DNA of 43,109 bases from a virus. Lineage: Duplodnaviria; Caudoviricetes. The notes beneath the pieces are model-generated. The model was not told the origin of the DNA, searched no databases, and worked only from the letters and a program-made list of their open reading frames with translations. A program made the translations under genes and the position numbers. Each line of letters starts with the position of its first letter. The stretch's first letter is position 1. The DNA is taken from IMG/VR virus record IMGVR_UViG_3300037483_000324, positions 1-43,109 of that record; one strand, given 5' to 3'. Positions 9,501 through 16,281 of this stretch are shown here, piece after piece.

Positions 9501-11260
9501 GGTTTTCCGGAAGCGATCTTGAAGGACTATTTCACAAGCGGGTATTCACAGATGGCATGCCGCTTTCCATGACGAAAAATCAAGTTTTATCGGTTGCGCT
9601 GAATGTCGGTACCATTGACAATAAAGCGAAGCTGCTTGACGGTTATGGCTGGACAGAAGGTCAACTGAACAACATTTTAGACAATTTAACCGAACAGGAT
9701 TGGCAATTCGCGCAAAATGTTTGGGACTATGTGGGTAGTTTCAAGACAGAATCGTTTGCTGTAGCCAAAGAAATGACCGGGAAACGTCCGGAAGAGGTCA
9801 AGGCAGAACCGGTGCAAACGAAGTTCGGGGAAATCCCTGGCGGCTACTATCCGTTAGTTTATGATTCAAGATTGTCTTTTACTTCGTTCATGCACCAACA
9901 GGCTAACGATTTGAAAGGACTGTTCCGTAAAGTACACGCCACAGCCAACACTAAGCCTGGATCTCATTTTGAACGGTTAGCATCAGCGGGTGGCCAAAAA
10001 GTAAAACTTGACCTTTCGGTTGTCTCGGATCACCTATTCGAAGTCGTACACGATATCACCCATCGTAAAGCCGTTATCAATGTCAGCAAATTGATTAGAG
10101 ATAAAAGGTTGCAAAAATCCCTGACGTCAACGATCGGGATCGATATGCAATCTCAATTGAGAGATTGGCTACAAGATGTCGCGCAAGAAAAATCTAATCC
10201 AAGCGATTCTTTTCATCGGCTATTACGTTGGGCCAGGGTGGGAACCACGGTGATGAACCTGGGATTGAAAGCAACAACCACAGTAACCCAGTTTGTCGGA
10301 TACACTCAAACAATTAATGCATTGGGGATTAAACAGGCCGCTAAAGGTTTAAACATGTTTTATGGTTACGGATCAGATTATACGGGCATCGGAACCAGAA
10401 TCGATTTTGTTTTGGAAAAATCCGGTTTTTTGCGTAATCGGTTGATGAGTCACGACCGGGACATTCGCGATGCCATAAAAAACCTATCTCCCGGTAAAAA
10501 GCTAAACGCAAACGTTAGGCGCTTTGCATTCCTTAGCATCGGATTAGCTCAGATGGGCGTTGACCTTCCGACATGGTACGCGGCCTACGATAAAGCGATT
10601 AATGATAGTATCGATTTAGATCCGATTGAAGCCGACAGGAAAGCTATTGATTACGCTGATTCCATCGTAAGACAAACTCAAGGAGCCGGGGGAACGAAAG
10701 ATTTAGCCAAGATTCAGCGCGGTGATGAAGCAATGCGAGTATTTACGATGTTCTATGGTTTTTTTAATACGCTTTACAATCTTGCCAGCGTAAGAATTTC
10801 CGCAGCTAAAAAAATAAGCGACATTCCGGCACTGGCAGCATCGGCACTATGGCTTTGGTTCGTACCGGCGTTATTGGCTGAAATGGTAGCAGGTAGAGGT
10901 CCAGAAGATGACGATGAATGGGGAGAATGGGCACTACCTTTGTTGGCCATGTACCCCTTTCAAACCGTCGTCGGTGTCCGGGATTTTTCCAACTATGCTT
11001 TCGGTAAGTACGGTTATCAGGCGACACCGGCTCAAGCGGCACCGAAAGAAATTGCCGATTTTTTTGGTCAAATCGATAAAGCGATTGAAGAAAAAGACGC
11101 AGAAAAAGCTCTTAAGCAAACCGCTGAAACGGTAGGATACATCATGAAATGGCCCATGAAACAGGTAATCATCACTGTTGGTAATGTCTATGACTATGTA
11201 ACCGGGGAAGATCCGGAATTCGAGATAAGAGACTTGTTTTTCACTAAGCAAAAAAAATAG
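3488..11260 (+). CDS. Giant (2590 aa) polyvalent internal virion/ejection protein: LPD22-like N-terminus, ART-PolyVal-like domain, EEIQSDW domain, HExxH zincin-like motif
   Basis: FKNWFGESKVV..GKPVVVYRG..GFYF..YLSLKNP..GYDGVI..EYIVFKPTQIKS (ART-like), LFIEEIQSDWHQ and LSTLIHETGH; gp16 position before the tail fibre. Confidence 0.8.
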   Translation: MEGLVEVGTLSDLGATDDQGLIEIKDPDFLKNLTPNRAYQNLEAVRDMDPDAEARRLNLSKTSGLSWSTVRAKEQAVQQQVYFPDMHTMQWLAPGTVRYFTDLANAAVSKDDAENLAKVESTWSKVKKSWQVGTQNVEGGKLYTEKLVHALAGTDNPELDKKIAAYEASRIKPPEDDNFIETGLTAAAEMLPILKETVLSGQAEGLAYATAFGVGALALGQMGPQVALPEEVITVPGAVATGYFAGVKVGSAKSIFQIEAGLAYQEMGEIKDETGQPIDSRIAAVASIGIGGVNAGLEFTGLKAISKLIPGGQYLVGRFIAEPVKKALQNPSVRDALLGVAIKYAGAVGTETWTEMAQEVVTILGTEVAKTVTEETKGAEFGESETNNLSRILEAGKQAFAATVTLGIPGVTVSSAHRINQIQKTQQFQDRFTKLAEAVEVTKTKQRDPERLETFINSIGASEPAYLSAEGIQTLFQSDPENAQTLLNQIAENPELAQKAAIDGQDVKVDTAKIMAFMTPEQQESIKIDLKPAPSALSPREIQDIDFNEELKNVEDYYKEIVEAESTFRDEMNQLRKQVTDTGYSPEYADNYLQIVERFVDRMSLEGLNKQEFVKKISVQYQGEVIDPNGIQYNQEGSILTESEAFKNWFGESKVVNEIGKPVVVYRGDTEPVETYKESKLEQGTQLLGGGFYFVDNRIDALEYGVKNPIKGFSGSNTNAFYLSLKNPYVIDVEGRNIRAVQPETSDYARDNGYDGVILKNVIDGRGFVVSGTNKPKTEYIVFKPTQIKSVFNQGTFNPKDPNILKQTKEPFKVRQLFQNVMEKLGFYSDVLRSVEAMDFKQIPGKELVARLKKLPRVKKEELDHLGIIEWLDGIEGKVSKEDVIHFIEQGGVQLEEIVKGESGLTKVFSVDSPEDQDFYSVYDVQNNELFTGTEREADVFISEWEVDTGKYKNYTLPGGKNYREVLLTLPETKSDFSEIKRRYDELDSAYHSRTLSVSEENERTRLYNKLAMGERPDSYKSSHWDESNVLAHFRLDDRIDSEGRKTLFIEEIQSDWHQEGRRKGYIDLLKAKKIEQEFSQYSKKLAEKYNLNPAQNLTMYARLVNMTSAEVIEYERLQQAWVSTKKSTPDAPFKSSWPLLAFKRILRMAAEESYDSVAWTPGNIQADRYDLSEQVEAIGYEKRGSLYNISVWDKKEKRVYSNQSVTIQDVENVLGKEIADKIQKGEGELDGTLTYLTGLDLKVGGEGMKAFYDKMLPSIVQGYIKKLDKNAKVETSKIDTGKGDLPDLGLPSEREYLASRLNESESVVAYVKRKETETRKKTVWYLHLTDQLKEKVLAGQALFQPATDQPRGGVNITDEKHLVNIFRNKDLSTLIHETGHIFLKEMRQLYRVKDVSDQFKQDYELLLKWLDLKAIDYDRYVEMAGIGLLNLTESQQAEWRVLDKDVRAKLEKFAKGFEVYLMEGKAPTADLIPVFQRFKNWLFSVYKSALGLDVELNDEVRSVFDHMFTIRQEVFNAAQVNDITLPTKSELDALGVVADDRAYMQRLYKKAIADAEEALHRERNANRRGSIKTWRTMAEKQYDEDPTNRFIKFLSEGVGLSKADLLETFGEDAVDLITKKRVPPVVTEKGMGLLEASVIGGYQNSNEMVKALINVQKKEDFVKAWMAEEDKRHDSLYKAEDFIAGTEAFSDFLEIKNKYLKRSQGVPTEATPWRAFQAYAKQRFGSMKVKDAIAHHTYLAAYAKHSKLEKSKIGQGKFGEAAKANETTRLNYEMAKQAIANRKAVEKTEKAVKRLLKSKAVTADTRYQLFDLAARFGLVTRQTSEDLNAALARVREAVPKEDRALLIDWIDAKAEQGYEIQLPRFILDATKVQNYKDLPFSEFEKLAESFDVLRTIDREERFYTALGKAIELEKVVDGLETQLFSAVEVKALKRLDESALKLFFSGMNAVHTKMEFLLRKLDGGKVNGIWWNYFFKPIADAESNRDDRLKVIRKKLKSKDLFGRFSGSDLEGLFHKRVFTDGMPLSMTKNQVLSVALNVGTIDNKAKLLDGYGWTEGQLNNILDNLTEQDWQFAQNVWDYVGSFKTESFAVAKEMTGKRPEEVKAEPVQTKFGEIPGGYYPLVYDSRLSFTSFMHQQANDLKGLFRKVHATANTKPGSHFERLASAGGQKVKLDLSVVSDHLFEVVHDITHRKAVINVSKLIRDKRLQKSLTSTIGIDMQSQLRDWLQDVAQEKSNPSDSFHRLLRWARVGTTVMNLGLKATTTVTQFVGYTQTINALGIKQAAKGLNMFYGYGSDYTGIGTRIDFVLEKSGFLRNRLMSHDRDIRDAIKNLSPGKKLNANVRRFAFLSIGLAQMGVDLPTWYAAYDKAINDSIDLDPIEADRKAIDYADSIVRQTQGAGGTKDLAKIQRGDEAMRVFTMFYGFFNTLYNLASVRISAAKKISDIPALAASALWLWFVPALLAEMVAGRGPEDDDEWGEWALPLLAMYPFQTVVGVRDFSNYAFGKYGYQATPAQAAPKEIADFFGQIDKAIEEKDAEKALKQTAETVGYIMKWPMKQVIITVGNVYDYVTGEDPEFEIRDLFFTKQKK

Positions 11261-11271
11261 GAGATAAACCA

Positions 11272-12825
11272 ATGACAATAGCTTCCAGTGTGTCTGTTTC
11301 CCCGCTTTATGTCGGGACCGGAAGCGTAAACACCTACGCTTACAACTTTTTAATTTATAGCGATGCCGATTTAATCGTCGTCATGCGAAATCTTGAAGAC
11401 ACCGAAACTAAATTGGTTTTAAATACCGATTACACTGTAACCGGTGTAGTAAACTCAAACGGCGGTAACATAGTCTTATCGGCAAATTTGACCTCAGGTT
11501 ACAAACTGAGAGCGTATCGCAAGACAGCCAGGACGCAAGAAATCGATCTAACTAATCAGCAAAGCTATTTCTTAGAAGGGCTGGAACGGGGTCTTGATAT
11601 GGCTACTATGCAGATTCAAGAGCTTCAGGCCGATAGCGACCGGAGCTTGAAAACAAGTGTTACTTCAGCCGCACCTACTTTTAATAATGTCGATACCGTA
11701 GTTACAGAAATAAACACTATTAAAGAAGCAGCAGAATTGGCTGAAACAAACGCAAAATTGGCTGAAACAAACGCAGAAACAGCTCAAGTGGCAGCAGAAT
11801 TGGCTGAAACAAACGCAGAAACAGCTCAAGTGGCAGCAGAATTGGCTGAAACAAACGCAGAAACAGCTCAAGTGGCAGCAGAATTGGCTGAAACAAACGC
11901 AGAAACAGCTCAAGTGGCAGCAGCAGCGGCGCTAAGTGACGTTGAAGTGGCAGCAGCAGCGGCGCTAAGTGACGTTGAAGTGGCAGCAGCAGCGGCGCTA
12001 AGTGACGTTGAAGTGGTACAAGCTGACATATATGCGTTTGTCCTTACTATACACAAAACAGGGTATGTTTTAAATGTAGCTAGGCATCTAAGAACGTTAA
12101 GTAATTCAGAATTTCCGTTCGGAATTACTTTTAGCGCTGACGGAACGAAAATGTATTTAACCGGTAACGTTCGAACTTATATCATGCAATACGCACTGTC
12201 AACAGCGTGGGACGTGAGTACCGCTACTATAGAAAAAACATTTAGCGTTGCGTCTCAAGGAACCCACCCATACGGCGTTAATTTTAGCATAGACGGATTA
12301 ACTCTTTTTGTTACTGATGGCGTAACTAAAGACATTAATCGTTATACCCTATCGACAGCTTGGGATATTGCCACGGCGACATACGCCAACGCTCTTAACA
12401 CAACGGCGTATGACACGCCACAGCTTATAGCTTTTAGCGTGGACGGGACGAAACTGTTTGTTATGGGCGTCGTCAACAAAAACGTGTATCAGTTCGCTTT
12501 ATCGACTGCTTGGAATGTCGGTACGGCTACGTATGTTCAATCGTTTGGCGTCTCAGCGGCGGGTACCCCGCGAGGCATTTCTTTTAGTGCCAACGGGATG
12601 AGCATGTTTATAGCTAGCTTTGATGCCAATGCTTACGTATACGAGTACTTACTATCGACAGCCTGGAATGTTGCAACCGCCGTATACCTCCAATCCTTTA
12701 ACGCCCTACCAGGCCAATATATTTATGGAATTGCTTGGAGTATTGACGGAACACGACTTTACGTGACAAGTAATACAGAATATATTCTTGAATTTTTAAC
12801 CGGATTCTACGAGCTAAACGATTAG
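11272..12825 (+). CDS. Tail fibre / receptor-binding protein: T7 gp17-like anchor, repeat coiled-coil stalk, C-terminal beta-propeller
   Basis: N-terminal YVGTGSVNTYAYNFLIY..DYTVTG..GGNIVL..YRKT..LERGLDMATMQIQEL; heptad/hendecad repeats; five ~50-aa G.xFS.DG.K.Y...Y.LSTAW repeats. Confidence 0.85.
   Translation: MTIASSVSVSPLYVGTGSVNTYAYNFLIYSDADLIVVMRNLEDTETKLVLNTDYTVTGVVNSNGGNIVLSANLTSGYKLRAYRKTARTQEIDLTNQQSYFLEGLERGLDMATMQIQELQADSDRSLKTSVTSAAPTFNNVDTVVTEINTIKEAAELAETNAKLAETNAETAQVAAELAETNAETAQVAAELAETNAETAQVAAELAETNAETAQVAAAAALSDVEVAAAAALSDVEVAAAAALSDVEVVQADIYAFVLTIHKTGYVLNVARHLRTLSNSEFPFGITFSADGTKMYLTGNVRTYIMQYALSTAWDVSTATIEKTFSVASQGTHPYGVNFSIDGLTLFVTDGVTKDINRYTLSTAWDIATATYANALNTTAYDTPQLIAFSVDGTKLFVMGVVNKNVYQFALSTAWNVGTATYVQSFGVSAAGTPRGISFSANGMSMFIASFDANAYVYEYLLSTAWNVATAVYLQSFNALPGQYIYGIAWSIDGTRLYVTSNTEYILEFLTGFYELND
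11758..11922 (+). repeat. Tandem 42-bp repeat x~4 (LAETNAETAQVAAE)
   Basis: Units start at 11758, 11800, 11842, 11884; partial copy upstream from 11728. Confidence 0.95.
11914..12015 (+). repeat. Tandem 33-bp repeat x3 (VAAAAALSDVE)
   Basis: Exact units start at 11914, 11947, 11980. Confidence 0.95.
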
Positions 12826-12838
12826 ACTGATTAATTTT

Positions 12839-13004
12839 TTTATCGGCTATTTAGTGGCTATTTAGTGGCTAAACTAAACCAGCCTTATTCAGTTTAGCCA
12901 TCTGAAATGTAACATATTTATTGGGGCCGACAGCCGGAGTCGAACCGGCCTAAATACCAATAGCCATATACCTGTGAGCAAGGCTAGTGGCTGTTTAGTG
13001 GCTA
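12839..13004. other. attP region with integrase arm-type sites
   Basis: 11-bp TTTAGTGGCTA-type direct repeats at 12839 (degenerate), 12850, 12861 and at 12983 (degenerate), 12994 flank a tRNA-like core, immediately 3' of the integrase. Confidence 0.85.
12922..12949 (-). other. att core: 3' fragment of a host tRNA gene (T-arm, acceptor strand, CCA); not a full tRNA
   Basis: Minus strand reads GCCGG-TTCGACT-CCGGC-TGTCGGC-C-CCA: 5-bp T-stem, TTCG loop, 7-nt acceptor strand, discriminator, CCA. Confidence 0.88.
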
Positions 13005-14072
13005 CAACTCTTTTCTGATCTTAACGATTTTTGCTCGACGATTTTCGAGCGCTTGGGTCATGACCGGATTGGATCTTTTTGCATACCGTTTGGTCATACT
13101 GGCATTTTTATGGCCGAGCTGCTGTTGAACGTGTCCGGTGTCATACCCTAAATCCAAAAGCTGACAGCCTAACGAGTGACGAAACGCGTTATACAGCTTG
13201 ATCTTAATCCCCGTTTCCTTACAAGCGGCCCGCCAAATCGAATTAAGATTTCGTTGGCTGTAAGGTTGCCCGTCTTCCCGCACAAAGACAAACTGTGATA
13301 GGTGTGGCTCTACCAGGCTTAGCGCTAATTTAGCATATTGCGTTAACTCGTACTGTCGCCATGTCTCGGTCTTGGTTTCCTTTAATTCGTATTCCGATAG
13401 TGATCGACGAATCGTTAGTTTGCCATCCGCGATCGCGTCTTTCATAATCGCCCGGACTTCACCCACGCGTAAACCGTATTCCATTCCGAACATAAAAATC
13501 GGTCTATGCCGCTCGGGAATAGCGCTCAGTAAAATGTTCTGTTGGTCTAATTCAATGTATTCAGGAATGGTTTCCGGGATTGAAAGCTTTGGGAAGGGCG
13601 GGATTCTGGCTATGTCTTCGTTTGCGTACGCGTCATGGTACAACGTTCGTAAGACGGAAATCGCGTTGTAAACACCTTTCGGCTGTAAAATGGTTCCTAT
13701 GTGCTTTTTAAAAAGCTTAAGGTCGTTGGCGTGAATTCGCCTAATGTCCTTATCCTTAAAGAAAGGAACGATGTGGAGATTGATAGATGCTTTATAGTTC
13801 TTTAGCGTTTTTTTGGTGACGTCTTTTGTTTCAAGCCAGGTTTGCGCATACACCGAAAGTAACATCGGGGATTCCGGAAGCCAATGCTTCGGATGGAATT
13901 CACCATCGTCTATTTCGGTTTGGATTCGGGAAAGCTGTTTCTCTGCAGATCGTTTGTCAAAAAACGGTTCTTGGCTAACTGGGTGCTTCCAAACACGAAC
14001 ACGTTCTCCGTTCCAGTAGACTTGTATGTAATACCGTTTTGCAGATTTTTGATAAAGCACAGACCCTTTCAT
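13002..14072 (-). CDS. int: Tyrosine integrase
   Basis: YGLRVGEV (R), KETKT (K), YNAFRHS, LGHKNASMTKRY (H,Y). ATG 14072 has an AGGGAG SD; the ORF track start is 14132. Confidence 0.95.
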   Translation of the reverse strand: MKGSVLYQKSAKRYYIQVYWNGERVRVWKHPVSQEPFFDKRSAEKQLSRIQTEIDDGEFHPKHWLPESPMLLSVYAQTWLETKDVTKKTLKNYKASINLHIVPFFKDKDIRRIHANDLKLFKKHIGTILQPKGVYNAISVLRTLYHDAYANEDIARIPPFPKLSIPETIPEYIELDQQNILLSAIPERHRPIFMFGMEYGLRVGEVRAIMKDAIADGKLTIRRSLSEYELKETKTETWRQYELTQYAKLALSLVEPHLSQFVFVREDGQPYSQRNLNSIWRAACKETGIKIKLYNAFRHSLGCQLLDLGYDTGHVQQQLGHKNASMTKRYAKRSNPVMTQALENRRAKIVKIRKEL

Positions 14073-14163
14073 ATACCCACTCCCTAAACAAGGTTGGCTA
14101 AGCGGGTTTATATTAAGAGGGTTGTGCTTCATTTGTCAATCTATAAGGATACCGCTAATCTTA

Positions 14164-14487
14164 TTAAGTTTGAAATATTCTTAATATTCGTAAATTCTTG
14201 TCGTGTCGATTTCGTTCAGCTTCAAGCAAATCGTACGTCACGTTTAACGCTTCAATCAATTCAGATTTAGACAGCTTTTCAATAGGTCTTCCCTTGTAGT
14301 GCAAGACGTTTTTCGGTTTTTTAAAGTATTTGCTGTTCGGTATTTCGTACCCGCCACATCTTTCTTTCCAGCCTTCAGCCCAAGGACCATCTTCAAAGCC
14401 CGGCCCGTCTTGTTCACAAAAACCGCAAGCACCGCACACTCCGTTTTCAAACGCTTTCTGTTGACATCTAGGACATTTAGTTTCCGT
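14164..14487 (-). CDS. Small Zn-ribbon protein (CxxC-x10-CxxC), probable ACG start
   Basis: The frame of the 14164..14439 ORF extends upstream as (ACG)ETKCPRCQQKAFENGVCGACGFCE, with AAGGA 5 nt before the ACG. Confidence 0.55.
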   Translation of the reverse strand, partial: TETKCPRCQQKAFENGVCGACGFCEQDGPGFEDGPWAEGWKERCGGYEIPNSKYFKKPKNVLHYKGRPIEKLSKSELIEALNVTYDLLEAERNRHDKNLRILRIFQT

Positions 14488-14502
14488 TGCTTTCCTTGTG
14501 GT

Positions 14503-15336
14503 TTAAACAACCATTGTTTTCGAATAAAATCCGGCAGCGCCTTTATGACCGCCACCACCATATTTTTTAGCTATTTCAGAAACGTCTACTTCCGGTTTGT
14601 CAGTAAAAAGCGTGTACTTTACTTCACCGGGTTTAACGCCAAATAAAACCATAATGTCGTGTTTTTCCGGCTTATAAACAGCATCGAATGCTTTGGAGTT
14701 GGCAAACGGCTTATTCATGACGACAGCTCTTAACCCTTCAAATTCTGCTTCGTAAGCCATGCCCTTTGCGTACATTTCATTCTGTTTATCCTGGTATCGA
14801 AGAATGATTTCACCGGTTTTAACGAGATTGCTTGTCATAGTCCCGGCTAGATCTTCTTCAAGCAAGCACTTCCAAATCGGGGCTTCCGGAAAGGTGTCAA
14901 TGCCTTCCCTCATACCATACTGAAACGGTAAAACGTCTTGAATTTGATGATCCCACACATCGTAGCGACCGATGTATCTTACCGCGCGCGGCATATCTCG
15001 TTCGGGAAAGAGATATTTCCAGGTTAACTCACATCTAGCCTTTTCTGTAGATTGCAAACCTCTTGAATTAATACCAACCCTATGCATTATTTCGATTGAA
15101 CTCTTGTGATGGTCAATCCAATAGAGCCGCGCATTACGATATAAATCTTCCATGTCAATTGCATCAAAGCAGAAATCGACAACAAAAATTTTTTCACCTC
15201 GTCGTATGCCTAAATCTAAATTAACCATAGTGTCTCTATAATCCACTCCAATCATTTCACATTCGGGGTACCGGTATTTAACGATTGCCCCGGCGCAATG
15301 ACCATCGAGATCCGACTTATGGTAAAAACATTTCAT
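14503..15336 (-). CDS. DHH/DHHA1 family phosphoesterase (NrnA/NrnB-like)
   Basis: H..DLDG, VVDF, WIDHHKS, GGGGHKGAAGF motifs; AGGAG SD. Confidence 0.92.
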   Translation of the reverse strand: MKCFYHKSDLDGHCAGAIVKYRYPECEMIGVDYRDTMVNLDLGIRRGEKIFVVDFCFDAIDMEDLYRNARLYWIDHHKSSIEIMHRVGINSRGLQSTEKARCELTWKYLFPERDMPRAVRYIGRYDVWDHQIQDVLPFQYGMREGIDTFPEAPIWKCLLEEDLAGTMTSNLVKTGEIILRYQDKQNEMYAKGMAYEAEFEGLRAVVMNKPFANSKAFDAVYKPEKHDIMVLFGVKPGEVKYTLFTDKPEVDVSEIAKKYGGGGHKGAAGFYSKTMVV

Positions 15337-15419
15337 TGGCGTTTCTCCTACTCAGAAAAATATGTTACGGCCCTGCATTCCCCTGACCACGAAAACGAAC
15401 CCGCTCATCAAACTATGGG

Positions 15420-15695
15420 CTAAAACAAACCCTCCCAGGCAGACTCAGCGCCTGGAAGATTTTTAAACTCTTCATTAAACCCGCTGATACAATCCGAACA
15501 GATGTAAATTAGCACTTCGTCCGGCAAACAAGTTTCCTCGACATTATGAACAAGGAAATTGTCGCAATTGTCGCAGCGACACGCCTTTTCGTCAGTAATT
15601 TCAACACCGCGTAGCTTATTATTACCGCACACGCTGCACTCGTTACCACCGACGTTGTTGGTGTGAATCTCTGTTTTTACCACGGTTTTACTCAA
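15420..15695 (-). CDS. Hypothetical Cys-rich (Zn-binding) protein
   Basis: Three CxxC pairs (CSVC, CDNC, CSDC); overlaps upstream gene as in an operon. Confidence 0.6.
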   Translation of the reverse strand: MSKTVVKTEIHTNNVGGNECSVCGNNKLRGVEITDEKACRCDNCDNFLVHNVEETCLPDEVLIYICSDCISGFNEEFKNLPGAESAWEGLF

Positions 15696-16197
15696 TATCC
15701 GAGATTATAGGTTTTCTATACCCTCGTCCCCATTGGTTAACGATTGCATCTGTTATATCGGTGAACACTGTCCCGCTTCTGGATTCGCAGTTTTCGGAAT
15801 AGCCAGATCCATTTACATTAACCAAGGTTTGACTCGTTTTCGTATCCACCAAATCAACGCTAAAATCGTAAAAGTAAAAGCCGCCAGCCGCACACCGGCT
15901 TCGTTCCCGGTAGGCGTTACCGATCACGACCACTATGTACCTGGCCTTGGCTTCGTCAAATTCCTTTGTTGTATCTTGATCCAACCGTTTTGTTACCTTT
16001 GCGGTTGATCCCCAGCGCAACACCTCAAACCCTTTTGCTTTTAAGCGCCTTTGAATCTCGTACACCCAAGGTTCATTGGGAGCGTCAAACGCGACAACTC
16101 TTTCGCCTTCGATTTTATCCATATTCAATCTAGTCATGAACGAATTAGACCCACAGCCAACCATAAACATCAGAAAAACAACTAAAAGCTTTTTCAT
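15688..16197 (-). CDS. Predicted lipoprotein
   Basis: MKKLLVVFLMFMVG-C signal with lipobox-like Cys; GAGG SD before ATG 16197. Confidence 0.7.
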   Translation of the reverse strand: MKKLLVVFLMFMVGCGSNSFMTRLNMDKIEGERVVAFDAPNEPWVYEIQRRLKAKGFEVLRWGSTAKVTKRLDQDTTKEFDEAKARYIVVVIGNAYRERSRCAAGGFYFYDFSVDLVDTKTSQTLVNVNGSGYSENCESRSGTVFTDITDAIVNQWGRGYRKPIISDIE

Positions 16198-16281
16198 AGA
16201 CACCTCAAAATCGGATTAGGAAAATTAATAAAACGCACTGGTTTTCCACTCCTGATAACAAGTTTCATTAAAAGTGTCTAA

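Noticed and set aside
1917-11278. Many short overlapping ORFs within the ejection-protein genes
   Set aside because: Antisense or alternate-frame ORFs with no recognisable motifs.
11665-11913. Cys-rich 82-aa minus-strand ORF
   Set aside because: Antisense reading of the 42-bp tail-fibre repeat.
12922-12949. Phage-encoded tRNA gene
   Set aside because: Only the T-arm and 3' acceptor strand are present; no D or anticodon arm and no matching 5' strand.
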